Made by a program: the position numbers and the translations under genes
Assembly (NCBI GenBank): GCA_964625085.1
Contig: CAZVAJ010000001.1
Location: 46,387-110,386, forward strand
Direction: 5' to 3'
DNA length: 64,000 bases
DNA from: Candidatus Micrarchaeota archaeon
Lineage (GTDB): Archaea; B1Sed10-29; JAJSAI01
The notes under the pieces: model-generated
Seen by the model: only the letters and a program-made list of their open reading frames with translations
Told to the model about the DNA's origin: nothing
Database searches by the model: none
In this document: positions 28,892 through 39,133 of the stretch, piece after piece
How the letters are laid out: each line of letters opens with the position of its first letter
How positions within the stretch are numbered: the first letter of the stretch is position 1

Positions 28892-29899
28892 ATGAACATA
28901 CGGGACGAAGTGTACGGGGAACAAACTATACAAGACAAGACATTGATAAGGCTTATAACTTCGCCCCCAATACAGCGCCTCAAGGGAATAAACCAGCACG
29001 GGATTCCTGAACAATACTTTTCGTGCAGAAGAGTTACACGGTACGATCACTCTGTGGGCGTAATGCTCTTGTTAAGAAAGCTTGGGGCAAGCAATGAAGC
29101 GCAGATTGCAGGTTTGCTACACGATGTGTCGCACACAGCGTTCTCTCATATCACAGACTACGTGTTCGGGAGGAACAGAAAAGAAGACTTTCACGAAAAA
29201 ATCAAGGAACACATGTTTGAGCAGCTTGGCCTGAACGAAATAATTGAACAAGAAGGCATAACAAAAAAAGTGCTTGAACCAGAACAGTATCCTCTCCTAG
29301 ACAGTCCTGCGCCAAAACTCTGTGCAGACAGGGTTGACTATGCGCTGCGGGATCACGGAAAATTCAGGAATGACGGGAGCCCGCAGAGGCTGGTTAGAGA
29401 GCTCTTTGCAGAAGACGGAGAGATCGTTTTCAAAAGCGCTTCATCAGCAATGGAGTTTGCAATGAACTACCACGAATGTCAGGTTGGCTTATGGGCGCAC
29501 CATGATACAGCGTACAAGTACTACCTGTTCTCGCGGGCCATCAAGCTCATGCTTCTCGAAGGCGAGCTTGAAAAAGAAGAGCTACTGCTCGGAAAAGATG
29601 AAAACGTGCTCGCGAAAATGGAGAAAACAGAGAACTCGGACGTGAAAATAATAATGTCCGCGCTTAACACGCTAGAGTACACTCGCAACACCGACAGCCC
29701 GCACGTAGTATTCAAGAAAAAGTTCAGATGGGTAGACCCCGCATACAAAGACCGCGGCAGACTCAGGAGGGTGACTGAAGAATTCCCAGAATACGCAGAA
29801 ATGCTGGACCAAGCGAGAAAAGATAACCAAACAAAGATAGAGCTCACGAACACAAACGTTGTAAGAATTCTTGAAGAGAACGGCATACTGCCCCTGTGA
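28892..29899 (+). CDS. HD-domain phosphohydrolase (dNTPase/SAMHD1-like)
   Basis: QRLKGINQ, TRYDHSVGV, GLLHDVSHTAFSH, ADRVDY. Confidence 0.88.
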   Translation: MNIRDEVYGEQTIQDKTLIRLITSPPIQRLKGINQHGIPEQYFSCRRVTRYDHSVGVMLLLRKLGASNEAQIAGLLHDVSHTAFSHITDYVFGRNRKEDFHEKIKEHMFEQLGLNEIIEQEGITKKVLEPEQYPLLDSPAPKLCADRVDYALRDHGKFRNDGSPQRLVRELFAEDGEIVFKSASSAMEFAMNYHECQVGLWAHHDTAYKYYLFSRAIKLMLLEGELEKEELLLGKDENVLAKMEKTENSDVKIIMSALNTLEYTRNTDSPHVVFKKKFRWVDPAYKDRGRLRRVTEEFPEYAEMLDQARKDNQTKIELTNTNVVRILEENGILPL

Positions 29900-29902
29900 A
29901 GA

Positions 29903-31963
29903 TCATTTAACCTGTTCAATGACTTTTTCAGCAGTCTTTTTCCCGAGCAGTCTTTCCAGTTCTGGTGCTGGAATCTTTTTCAGGTCAGAAAGTTTTCTGG
30001 CTCCCGCATTCCACAGGATTCTTGCCCTAACCCTTCCAACGTGCTTGAGCATTACCAGTGGCACCAGTTCTTTTCTTATTCCGTGCTTTACTCTTTTTCT
30101 AAGGATTGATATCTCTTTGTTCCGGTCCGTCCTGTCTATTATTCGGGCCAGTTCTGCTGCAGAGTACAGAATCCAGTCCGCGTTAGACAGGAAAGAGTAC
30201 AGCACTCCTGGAGGAATATTGTAGTCGTTCATTATGGTCTGCTCTGACTTTTCTTCAATCCAGTCACGCAGCATGCTCGCGAGCTTAAACTTGTTCAGGT
30301 AAAAGTAATCGAAATGGAACCCGTCCACGGTCTTGAAAAGCCCTTGTTCTGATGCCGCGCGCTCGAAGAGAGCGATCTCATCTTTTCTGGAAACAGACAG
30401 CCAAGGACGCATTTCTGTCGTGTCAGCAGCCATTAACAAGTAGCCCAGATCGCTTGCACGTTTTTCAGAGGATATGCAGTCCAGCATGTTCTTTGCAGAC
30501 TTAGGATCAAGATAAAGCTCATTGACCCTCATGCCCAGCCTTGTCGGGACGTATCTGCCTGATTCATTTTTCACAAAACCGTCTGACTCCAGCTCGCCTA
30601 AAACACTCTGAATAACAGGGTCCAAGGACTCTGCTCCTGCAAGATACGCGTAAAAGGTTTTGGAAAAGTACTCTTTTATCTCGCGAACACTGGTTATCAG
30701 GCTGCACGTGCACGCGAGCACGTGCGTTCGGAGCACTGCAAGGTCACCCATCCTGGAATCCACTCTTTCAGGCACGCCCTGAACATACCTCTCGATTATC
30801 ATGTTTTTTTCCGCGCTTGACCTTGCTATTGTCACTGCTTCCCCAAGGGTGTCATATTTTATTCGGCCTGCCCGGCCAACTTTTTGCTTGTATTCTCTGA
30901 CTGTCATCAGGCTAGGGCCGTCGCGGTATACGTGCACAGAAGGGATTATAACATAGTGGGCTGGAAGGTTCACTCCTGCTGCAACAGTGGGAGTAGAACA
31001 CATTACCCTTATGAGCCCGCGCCTGAACGCCTCTTCCACAAGCTTCCTCTGTTTCTGAACAAGCCCTGCATGATGAAAAGCCACCCCCCTCCTGACCGCT
31101 TCTGCAAGTTTCCTGCACTGTTCTGTAGGAGATTCAAGAACATTCCCCACTTTTTCAGAAACCTCTGCCAGTTCAGGAGAATCTGCCTGAACCAGTAACG
31201 AAATCTTTTTGGCCAATGATTCCGCGTTACGGCGTGTGTTCGCGAAAACAAGGGCCTGCTGACCCTTGCTGAGAGAATGCTTCACAAGCGATAGGACAGA
31301 GTCAGGCGCTTTTTCGCGAACTTCTTCCTTTTCTGTTATATAGTCTATCACAGAATCGTGGTACACTCCTTCCTTGAGCGGGACAGCCCGGTAATCTGAA
31401 AGCACTAGAGGGGCTGATAGCCAGTCCGCGAGCTCGAACGCGTTAGGTATCGTAGCACTCAATGCTATCACCCTTGCCCCTGGCAAGGAATGCAAAAAAC
31501 GTGTAATCACTGCTTCAAGCGTGGGCCCGCGGTCAGAGTCTATTTCGTGAACCTCGTCCACAATAAGCAGTCCTATGTCAGGCACCCATGGGCTTCTGTG
31601 CCTGAGAAGAGAATCAAACTTTTCATAAGAACAGCTGATTACATCATAATTTTTCAGGTAAGTGTCCTGGCTATCGTAATCACCTATGCTAAGCGCGGTA
31701 TTCTCGTGCACCTTTCTAAAGGTCTCGTAGTGCTCGGTTGCAAGGGCTTTTAAGGGTGAGATTATCACAACCTTTTTTCCTGCAGAAACAGTATGCAAAG
31801 CAGCCATCTCAGCACACAATGTCTTGCCAGAACCAGTGGGCGCGGATATCACAAGATTCGTTTGCCTGAAAAGCCCTTTTGTTATCGCTTCTTCCTGAAC
31901 AGGGTTCAGCCGGCTTATTGAATGCGTTTGCAGGACCCTGCGCACTATACCTTCATTGTCCAT
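29903..31963 (-). CDS. hel308: Ski2-like DNA helicase Hel308/Hjm
   Basis: LNPVQ, APTGSGKT, DEVH, LSAT, AFHHAGL, GVNLPA, GRAGR, C-terminal HhH; ATG at 31963 preferred. Confidence 0.93.
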   Translation of the reverse strand: MDNEGIVRRVLQTHSISRLNPVQEEAITKGLFRQTNLVISAPTGSGKTLCAEMAALHTVSAGKKVVIISPLKALATEHYETFRKVHENTALSIGDYDSQDTYLKNYDVISCSYEKFDSLLRHRSPWVPDIGLLIVDEVHEIDSDRGPTLEAVITRFLHSLPGARVIALSATIPNAFELADWLSAPLVLSDYRAVPLKEGVYHDSVIDYITEKEEVREKAPDSVLSLVKHSLSKGQQALVFANTRRNAESLAKKISLLVQADSPELAEVSEKVGNVLESPTEQCRKLAEAVRRGVAFHHAGLVQKQRKLVEEAFRRGLIRVMCSTPTVAAGVNLPAHYVIIPSVHVYRDGPSLMTVREYKQKVGRAGRIKYDTLGEAVTIARSSAEKNMIIERYVQGVPERVDSRMGDLAVLRTHVLACTCSLITSVREIKEYFSKTFYAYLAGAESLDPVIQSVLGELESDGFVKNESGRYVPTRLGMRVNELYLDPKSAKNMLDCISSEKRASDLGYLLMAADTTEMRPWLSVSRKDEIALFERAASEQGLFKTVDGFHFDYFYLNKFKLASMLRDWIEEKSEQTIMNDYNIPPGVLYSFLSNADWILYSAAELARIIDRTDRNKEISILRKRVKHGIRKELVPLVMLKHVGRVRARILWNAGARKLSDLKKIPAPELERLLGKKTAEKVIEQVK

Positions 31964-32018
31964 CCCTTGTTTTTCAGACCTGGAAACTAATAAAAACAAC
32001 TGATTTGTTTTAGTTAAC

Positions 32019-32207
32019 ATGATACTCTGGATCGTGAGCTGGCTTATCAGCATGGTACTCCTTACAGTGCTCGTGGGAATAGCAGATGAACTGCATGAAG
32101 ACATGATAGAAAAAAGTCAAGCTAGAGGGGCCTTCGTGGTATTTGTCTTGCCAACACTGCTTGAAATAACAGCATACCTTGCAAAAGGATCACCCCTCTG
32201 GTTCTAG
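32019..32207 (+). CDS. hypothetical small two-TM membrane protein
   Basis: 62 aa with two hydrophobic segments; fills the gap between hel308 and the next gene. Confidence 0.55.
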   Translation: MILWIVSWLISMVLLTVLVGIADELHEDMIEKSQARGAFVVFVLPTLLEITAYLAKGSPLWF

Positions 32208-32216
32208 GCTCACTTT

Positions 32217-32843
32217 TCACACAATCCTGCTGGAAAAATGCAGTAGTCTGCTCAGGACTTTTTCCTGTTGTTCTGCCTGAGCCCTCTCTTTTTTGAGTTT
32301 TGAGATCCGGGTTACTATGACATCATTCCTAAACCTGCTGTTCTTTTCAACTGTCTCACGTATTGATCCTCTGGACCTGCCGATCAGGGATGTTCTTGCT
32401 TCAACAAGCCTCTCCCGATACTCTGGATTGTTAACAAACATTTCAACCATGCGGCGGTGCTTTGCGTCAGAAGCAGCTTCTATGGGCATTTCAACGGTCT
32501 CGTAAGCCTTGCGGTATTCTGAGTCTGAAACAAGTTTTATCCTGTGCTTCCAGTACACTGGGTCCAACAGCACCTTTACCTTCTTCGCTGCATTACCCTC
32601 TTTTTTCCTGCTAAGGCTGCGGATCTCCGAGTCCAGTTTCTTTTTCCTGTTCCTCGCTTCCTCAAGCTGCTGCTTGAGTCTTGCTTTACTAGGGTAAACT
32701 ATCTTCAAAGGGTTAACGCTCTCAAGCTTGATCACACCCCCGTTGGAAACATACGCTTCTATAGCATCAAGAGTCTCCTGGTCAAGCGAAGCATTCTTGA
32801 ACACTCTTTCGTACTCCCTTTTACTGCCGATTACTATCATCAC
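32217..32843 (-). CDS. hypothetical basic coiled-coil protein
   Basis: 208-aa ORF, K/R/E-rich helical; no motif recognised. Confidence 0.7.
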   Translation of the reverse strand: MMIVIGSKREYERVFKNASLDQETLDAIEAYVSNGGVIKLESVNPLKIVYPSKARLKQQLEEARNRKKKLDSEIRSLSRKKEGNAAKKVKVLLDPVYWKHRIKLVSDSEYRKAYETVEMPIEAASDAKHRRMVEMFVNNPEYRERLVEARTSLIGRSRGSIRETVEKNSRFRNDVIVTRISKLKKERAQAEQQEKVLSRLLHFSSRIV

Positions 32844-32913
32844 TTTTGAAAGGCAATAGCAGGTTAAAAACCTAACGACACTGTTTTAAAAGAATGGCGC
32901 GTGAAAATGAATC

Positions 32914-33243
32914 ATGATGGGAATGAACCCTAAGATGATGGAACGGATGATGCGGCAGATGGGAATAAAACAGACTGCCGTGCCCGCTGAAGAGGTCATA
33001 ATACGGGCTGGAGAAAAACAGATCAGGATACTGGACCCGCAGGTCATTCTTGTAGAAGCACAGGGACAAAAAACCTGGCAGGTATCAGGAAAAGCAGTAG
33101 AGGAGACAGTAAAAGAACAGACTTTTTCAGAAGAAGACGTGAAGATGGTCATGGAAAAAACAGGCAAATCAATGGAAGAAGCTGAAAAAGCTCTGGAAGA
33201 GTCTGGCGGAGACATCGCAGACGCAATACTCAAGCTCAGCTGA
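32914..33243 (+). CDS. nac: nascent polypeptide-associated complex protein
   Basis: MNPKMMERMMRQMGI, AEEVII, C-terminal UBA EEDVKMV..TG...AL...GDIADAI. Confidence 0.94.
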   Translation: MMGMNPKMMERMMRQMGIKQTAVPAEEVIIRAGEKQIRILDPQVILVEAQGQKTWQVSGKAVEETVKEQTFSEEDVKMVMEKTGKSMEEAEKALEESGGDIADAILKLS

Positions 33244-33263
33244 GGATGGGACAAAAACCCTGT

Positions 33264-34364
33264 CTACTGAGCAAGCTTTATTTGAATTATCTCGTTGTAC
33301 AGTGTGCTAAAAGCAATGTTCCGGGTGACATTGCTTCCTACTGGAAGTAGTTCAGGGACCCAGTCCTCGAAAAACCTGTTCATCACCCTGTACTCTTTTC
33401 CATCCAAAACAATCTTTTCTCCGGGTAGCATGAAACGGGTCTTCCAGTCAAGGCGCACTAGGCTTGCTGGAATGGCCTGAAGCGAACTGTTCAAGCGGTC
33501 CAGCTGGTCATCAGACAATGGTGCGAGAACTGCTGAGAAAGAAGTGTTATGCACATCAAGGGACTTTATTGTTGTCCAGTTAAGCGCGCTCCTTACCTGT
33601 TCTTCAGTAACATTTGACGACAAAGAGGCCAACATGCCTGTCTCCACGTGCACTGCAGGGAGGATTGTCTCGTTCTTGTAGTGCACCTGAGCCTGGAACA
33701 GGTCAGATGCTGGCAGGCCAAGGAAAGGATCATCGTTTCTTATTTCAGCGTCAACACAGGACTGGAATGACCTTATCTTACCTGCGGCCATAACAACCTT
33801 GCACGAAAGGCGCACAGTGTCATTCTTTTGCCGTGAATACAATACTGCCACTCCAGGAATAATCCTCTCAGAAACAGTGCCATTATCAGAGGAATTAAAC
33901 ACCACTGTAACCCTCGCAAGAGAGAGGGGAGTGTACGCTGGTTCGGAGAAAAGCGAACTCATCCGGTAGAACGTCCTAAACCCTATTTCTTTCATCTGGC
34001 TAAGATTAAACCCTGAAAACGCAACATGGTACTCGTAGCCGTTTCCGTAAGGGTTTAACGTGACATCAACAGAGTAAGAATCATCAGACAGATTGTAGTC
34101 CTGTGCCACCTCAGAAAGAAGAATCTTGGCAGCATCAAGGTCCTCTGCCTTTGAAACACCCTTAAAAGAAAATGCGGGAGTCAAGTCATCTATTCTTGCC
34201 GTGACATTAACCTGTTCCACTGAAAGCAGGCCCTGCTGCTGTTCTTCTGCCACAGGCGGCTGGGGCAGTTCTTTCACAACAGGAGAACTGAAAAACCACA
34301 CGATGGGACCTGCGGAAAACAGCAGGATTACTGCGATTATTAGAACCTTGATCTCTTTGTTCAT
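33264..34364 (-). CDS. hypothetical membrane-anchored exported protein
   Basis: N-terminal TM; many N-x-S/T sequons (NVT, NLS, NSS, NGT, NET, NWT). Confidence 0.75.
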   Translation of the reverse strand: MNKEIKVLIIAVILLFSAGPIVWFFSSPVVKELPQPPVAEEQQQGLLSVEQVNVTARIDDLTPAFSFKGVSKAEDLDAAKILLSEVAQDYNLSDDSYSVDVTLNPYGNGYEYHVAFSGFNLSQMKEIGFRTFYRMSSLFSEPAYTPLSLARVTVVFNSSDNGTVSERIIPGVAVLYSRQKNDTVRLSCKVVMAAGKIRSFQSCVDAEIRNDDPFLGLPASDLFQAQVHYKNETILPAVHVETGMLASLSSNVTEEQVRSALNWTTIKSLDVHNTSFSAVLAPLSDDQLDRLNSSLQAIPASLVRLDWKTRFMLPGEKIVLDGKEYRVMNRFFEDWVPELLPVGSNVTRNIAFSTLYNEIIQIKLAQ

Positions 34365-34444
34365 TCAACAACACCTTTTTTAAACGACAGAATAAGAAGA
34401 TAATACCGCTGTTTAGTATTAATTTGTTTCGGAGGATGAAAAAG

Positions 34445-35092
34445 ATGGCTGAATTTGTTAAGATAGACTTCACTGCAAAAGCAGATGGAAAGGTATTTGA
34501 CACCACCCTAAAGGATGTTGCACAGAAAGAGAACATTTACTCGGACAAGGTAAAGTACTCCCCTCTTCCTGTAATCGTGGGCGATGGCCAGGTTATACCC
34601 GGGCTTGAAGACGCACTGCGTAGCATGAAAAAAGGAGAGGAAAAGACTGTCAAGATCCCTCCTGAAAAGGCTTTTGGCAAAAGGGATCCAAAGCTTGTCA
34701 GCGTCATCCCTGAAAGCGTGTTCAAAAACAACAAGATAACCCCTGTTCCGGGAATGCCCATACAGGTTGAAGGCAAAACAGCAAGAGTGCTGAGCGTTTC
34801 AAGCGGAAGGGTGCAGATAGACTTCAATCACGAGCTTGCTGGAAAAGAGGTTGAGTACTGGGTAAAGGTCGTGAGCAAGGCTGAAACAGAGGAAGAAAAA
34901 CTTGAGATATTATCTTCGCTCGCGTTCCCTGACATAAAAACACAGATCAAAACAAAAGAGAAAACAGTAGAGTTAATCCTGCCTACAGAAGCAAGAAAAC
35001 TTAACAGCCTCGAGCTCAGAAAAACAATGTTCGCAGAGCTTGTTAAAAAACACTTGGGCAAGGAAAAGGTCAGGATAACTGAAGAATACTGA
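34445..35092 (+). CDS. FKBP-type peptidyl-prolyl isomerase (long archaeal SlyD-like)
   Basis: DGKVFDTT, G.GQVIPGLEDAL, IPPEKAFGKRDP, DFNHELAGK. Confidence 0.93.
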   Translation: MAEFVKIDFTAKADGKVFDTTLKDVAQKENIYSDKVKYSPLPVIVGDGQVIPGLEDALRSMKKGEEKTVKIPPEKAFGKRDPKLVSVIPESVFKNNKITPVPGMPIQVEGKTARVLSVSSGRVQIDFNHELAGKEVEYWVKVVSKAETEEEKLEILSSLAFPDIKTQIKTKEKTVELILPTEARKLNSLELRKTMFAELVKKHLGKEKVRITEEY

Positions 35093-35196
35093 AATCCGGA
35101 AAACATAAACCTTTAAATACCTCTCCAAAAGAGAAAGAGTAGGCGCTCACCCAAGAGCCTACTAACTAGAACCTTTACAAGTTCTGAGGTGATTTT

Positions 35197-35817
35197 ATGG
35201 AAGAAACTATAAAGACTGGTACTACTACAGTCGGCATACTCTGCAAGGATGGTGTTGTTCTTGCAGCAGACATGAGAGCAACAATGGGAACATTGATTGC
35301 TAACAAGAGCACTGAAAAGATACTGCCAGTGCAACCGCATATCGCGATCACAACAGCAGGAATGGTTGGAGACAACCAAGCTCTTGCCAGGATGATGAAA
35401 GTCAACTGTTCCTTATATGAAAAACAAAGGAAAAAGAGAATATCCGTGGAAGCAGCATCAACCCTGCTCGCAAACATACTGCAGGAAACAAAGTACTTCC
35501 CGTACTGGGTTGAAATAATCATGGGAGGGTATGATGACAAAGGCCCTGCACTGTATGAAATAGATGCGGGCGGAGGAAAACTAAAAGAGAATTTCATAAG
35601 CACAGGCTCAGGATCTCCAGTGGCCTACGGTGTTCTAGAAGAGGCCCTAAGAAACAAAAAAGAGATACTCCTAAAAGATGCGCTGCCAGTGGCAGCCAAG
35701 GCGGTTTGGGCTGCAATGCAAAGGGATTCTGCTTCAGGAGAAAGAGTCAACATCGCGGTAATAGACAAAGACGGATTTAGGAAACTCAGCAAACATGAAG
35801 TAGAAAAGCTTTTTTGA
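35197..35817 (+). CDS. psmB: proteasome subunit beta
   Basis: Short propeptide then G/TTTVG, LAADMRAT, AGMVGD, TGSGS, RDSASG. Confidence 0.96.
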   Translation: MEETIKTGTTTVGILCKDGVVLAADMRATMGTLIANKSTEKILPVQPHIAITTAGMVGDNQALARMMKVNCSLYEKQRKKRISVEAASTLLANILQETKYFPYWVEIIMGGYDDKGPALYEIDAGGGKLKENFISTGSGSPVAYGVLEEALRNKKEILLKDALPVAAKAVWAAMQRDSASGERVNIAVIDKDGFRKLSKHEVEKLF

Positions 35818-35826
35818 GGAGATTAA

Positions 35827-37719
35827 GTGACCTTCGCGAAAGAAATTGAGAAACAGGTAAAAGAAATTCTGCCAGAAAGAGGGCTTGTTGACAAAGTGGA
35901 AGTAGAAGGCCCTGAAATAGTGTTGTACACGAGCCAGATAGACCGGTTCATGGAAGATGACAGCATCATCAGAGGGCTGGCCAGCAAGCTCAGGAAACAC
36001 TTCATACTCAGAGCAACATCAGAAAAACTAATGGACCCAGAACAAGCTGAAAAAGAGATAAAAGAGATAATCCCCCCTGAAGCAGAAGTAGAGAAAATAA
36101 GGTTCAGACCAGATTTCCATGAGGTCATGATAGAAGCAAAGAAGCTTGGCCTGGTCATAGGACCAAGAGGAAGCACGCTCAAAGAAATAACAAAAAGAAC
36201 TGGCTGGAGCCCGCGGCTTTGGAGAATTCCCACAACAAAATCAGAAATGATGGAAGGGATAAGAGGAACTCTCGTAAAAGACAGCAGGGATGTAAAGAAG
36301 TTCTTGAAACAAGTCGGAAAAAACATATACCGTGAAGGAAAGAAAACCGATTGGATCAGGCTCACTGCTCTAGGAGCAGCCAGAGAAGTTGGAAGAAGCT
36401 GTTTTCTTCTGGAAACTCCTGAAAGCAAGGTGCTCCTAGACTGCGGGGTCAACGTGGCGACAAACGATCCTAAAAAAGCATTCCCCTACATGAGCTCGGT
36501 GGACTTTTCCTTAGACGAGCTTGATGCAGTCATCATCTCCCACGGGCACCTTGACCACTCCGGATTCCTGCCGTACCTGTTCCAGTACGGGTACAAAGGC
36601 CCTGTGTATTGCACTCCGGCAACCAGAGACGTGATGGCACTACTGCAGCGCGATTATGTTAACATAGCGCACAGGAACGCTGAAGATGCTCCCTACTCCC
36701 AGAAGAACATAAAACAGGAAATAAAACACTGCATACCGAGAGAGTACGGGGAAGTAACAGACATCGCTCCAGACATAAGACTAACCCTACATAACGCTGG
36801 CCACATACTAGGTTCAAGCATAACCCATCTGCACATAGGAGAAGGAGCGCATAACCTGGTTTACACAGGGGACATGAAATTCGGGTACACTGAACTGCTT
36901 GATCCAGCAGACACCAACTACCCAAGGATAGAAACGCTGATAATAGAGTCAACGTACGGCGGAGGAAACAGGGACGTTCACCCACCCAGGTACGTGGCAG
37001 AAAAGAAGATGCTTGACCTGATAAAAGAAACCATAGAAAAGAACGGTATCGTGCTCGTGCCAAGCTTTGCCGTAGAAAGAGCACAAGAAATCATGCTCAT
37101 AATAGAAAAAGCCTCACGGGAAAATGACTGGGACATTCCAGTGTACCTTGACGGCATGATAAAAGAAGCTAGCGCAATACACTCCGCATACCCTGAATAC
37201 CTCAAAAAGAACATTAAAAGAAGAATACTCCACGATGACTCTCCATTCGATTCACCCGTGTTCCAGAACGTTGACCCAAGAAAAAGAGACGACATAATCA
37301 ACGAAGGCAGGTCAATCATCCTGTCTCCTGCAGGAATGATGTCAGGCGGGCCTGTTCTCGAGTACTTTAAACACCTCTCGGAAGATGAGAGGAATACTCT
37401 GCTTTTCGTGGGATACCAGGCTGAAGGAAGTCTTGGAAGAAAAATCCAGAGAGGCGCAAAAGAAGTCGCGCTAGAAGAAAACGGGAAATTAAAACAGTAC
37501 AAGGTAAACCTAAAGACAGAAACGATAGACGGCCTCTCAGGTCACGCGGACTACAACCAGCTGCTGGGATTCTACAAGAAGCTCACGCCAAAACCTGAGA
37601 GGGTTCTGACAGTCCACGGCGAAGAATCAAAGTGCTTGAACCTTGCGAGAAGCATTGGTTACAAGTTCAGGGTAGAAACCATGAGCCCAAGAAACCTTGA
37701 CAGCATCAGGTTAAAGTGA
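35827..37719 (+). CDS. fttA: beta-CASP ribonuclease aCPSF1 / transcription termination factor FttA
   Basis: N-terminal KH domains, LGAAREVGRSC, SHGHLDH, NAGHILGS, ESTYG, SGHAD, VHGE; follows psmB as in other archaea. Confidence 0.95.
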   Translation: MTFAKEIEKQVKEILPERGLVDKVEVEGPEIVLYTSQIDRFMEDDSIIRGLASKLRKHFILRATSEKLMDPEQAEKEIKEIIPPEAEVEKIRFRPDFHEVMIEAKKLGLVIGPRGSTLKEITKRTGWSPRLWRIPTTKSEMMEGIRGTLVKDSRDVKKFLKQVGKNIYREGKKTDWIRLTALGAAREVGRSCFLLETPESKVLLDCGVNVATNDPKKAFPYMSSVDFSLDELDAVIISHGHLDHSGFLPYLFQYGYKGPVYCTPATRDVMALLQRDYVNIAHRNAEDAPYSQKNIKQEIKHCIPREYGEVTDIAPDIRLTLHNAGHILGSSITHLHIGEGAHNLVYTGDMKFGYTELLDPADTNYPRIETLIIESTYGGGNRDVHPPRYVAEKKMLDLIKETIEKNGIVLVPSFAVERAQEIMLIIEKASRENDWDIPVYLDGMIKEASAIHSAYPEYLKKNIKRRILHDDSPFDSPVFQNVDPRKRDDIINEGRSIILSPAGMMSGGPVLEYFKHLSEDERNTLLFVGYQAEGSLGRKIQRGAKEVALEENGKLKQYKVNLKTETIDGLSGHADYNQLLGFYKKLTPKPERVLTVHGEESKCLNLARSIGYKFRVETMSPRNLDSIRLK

Positions 37720-37809
37720 AAGAACATCATGGAAACCGGGCGTATCCTGCCACTGTTAACGTGGAACTGAGCATGGTGAATCATTTTTTAATAGAGAACG
37801 GGTGTATAA

Positions 37810-39096
37810 ATGAGCATGGAATTTTCCAGTGTTCAAGAGGCGCTTGAAAAAAAAGAAGGCAAGTTCAGACTAAGAGGATGGGTTTACAGACACAGGGTTA
37901 CCAAAAATGCTGTTTTCATGCTCCTGCGTGATGCTACAGGAGTGATACAATGCGTTTTCAAGCCAGACAACCCTGATTTTGAAAAAGCGTCAGAACTGTA
38001 CATAGAATCTAGCGTGATAATAGAAGGAGAAGTCAAGCCTGATGAAAGGGCCCCGGGAGGGGCAGAAATGAAAGCAGGCTCGCTTCAGGTCATAAGCAGG
38101 GGAGAACCGTTTCCCATAACAAAGGATCAATCAACAGAATTTCTCATGGACATAAGACACCTGAGCATTAGGTCGCAGCGTATAACAAAAGCCATGCTCG
38201 CAAGAGAAAAGATGATGAAGTACTTCCGCGAGTTCTTTGAACAAGAAGGAGTGCACGAGGTTTTTCCCCCTGTGTTCACGGTCGCGGGCGCTGAGGGAGG
38301 TGCAGAGCTTTTCGAAGTCCCTTACTTCGGGAAAAAGGTATACCTCTCGCAAAGCGCGCAGTTGTACCTGGAAGCGCTCATATTCTCGCTAGAAAAAGTG
38401 TACTCCCTAACCCCAAGCTTCAGGGCTGAAAAAAGCCATACTTCAAAGCACCTGACAGAATACTGGCATCTTGAAGCAGAGATGGCGTTCTGGGACCAGG
38501 AAAAGAACATGGAATTCCAGGAGTGTATGGTGTCCTACGTGTGCCAGAAGATGGCTGAGAATGACAAAGCACTGTTAGAGTACTTTGGAAGGAAACCCTC
38601 TGACCTGAAGAAAGTAGAGCCCCCGTTCCACAGGATGTCATATGATGAAGCAGTAGCAGAACTGCAGAAAAAAGGGCTGGAAATAGAGTACGGTGAAGAT
38701 CCTGGAGCGCCTCATGAAGAAGCGTTAACTAAAGGGCTTGATAAACCCTTGTTCTTGCACTCGTTCCCAGAGGACATGAAAGCGTTTTACATGCAGCCAG
38801 ATGAAAACAATCCAGGCAAAGTAAAAGCAGCAGACATGCTTGCTCCAGAAGGCCACGGGGAAATAATAGGTGGAAGCGAAAGAATCTGGAAGAAGGACCT
38901 GCTTGAAGAAAAGATCAGGAAATTCGGGCTCAACCCAAATGACTATAAGTGGTACGTGGACCTGCGGGAGTACGGGTCCGTGCCACACTCAGGATTTGGC
39001 TTGGGAACAGAAAGAATGCTGAAATGGGTCCTGAACTTGCCCCACATAAGAGACGTGGTCCCGTTCCCAAGAACAGTCAACAGGTACTACCCCTAA
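37810..39096 (+). CDS. asnS: asparagine--tRNA ligase
   Basis: OB fold LRGWV, YLSQSAQLYLE, FRAEKS.T..HLTEYWHLE, EIIGGSER, YGSVPHSGFGLG.ER. Confidence 0.9.
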   Translation: MSMEFSSVQEALEKKEGKFRLRGWVYRHRVTKNAVFMLLRDATGVIQCVFKPDNPDFEKASELYIESSVIIEGEVKPDERAPGGAEMKAGSLQVISRGEPFPITKDQSTEFLMDIRHLSIRSQRITKAMLAREKMMKYFREFFEQEGVHEVFPPVFTVAGAEGGAELFEVPYFGKKVYLSQSAQLYLEALIFSLEKVYSLTPSFRAEKSHTSKHLTEYWHLEAEMAFWDQEKNMEFQECMVSYVCQKMAENDKALLEYFGRKPSDLKKVEPPFHRMSYDEAVAELQKKGLEIEYGEDPGAPHEEALTKGLDKPLFLHSFPEDMKAFYMQPDENNPGKVKAADMLAPEGHGEIIGGSERIWKKDLLEEKIRKFGLNPNDYKWYVDLREYGSVPHSGFGLGTERMLKWVLNLPHIRDVVPFPRTVNRYYP

Positions 39097-39133
39097 ACCA
39101 ACTTTTATTAACCTGGTTCTTGTTTTACTATTC

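Noticed and set aside
31964..32104. Long N-terminal extension of Hel308 in the ORF track
   Set aside because: It overlaps an opposite-strand small membrane ORF and an AT-rich promoter; helicase similarity begins near ATG 31963.
37720..37809. Three-way-junction-like sequence with GAAA and CTGA words resembling a type II hammerhead ribozyme
   Set aside because: The core reads CTGAGCA rather than CUGAnGA, there is no properly placed NUH cleavage triplet, and stem III is poor.
37810..39096. Non-discriminating AspRS assignment
   Set aside because: The SQSAQLYLE, HLTEYW and GSVPHSGFG motifs fit archaeal AsnRS better.
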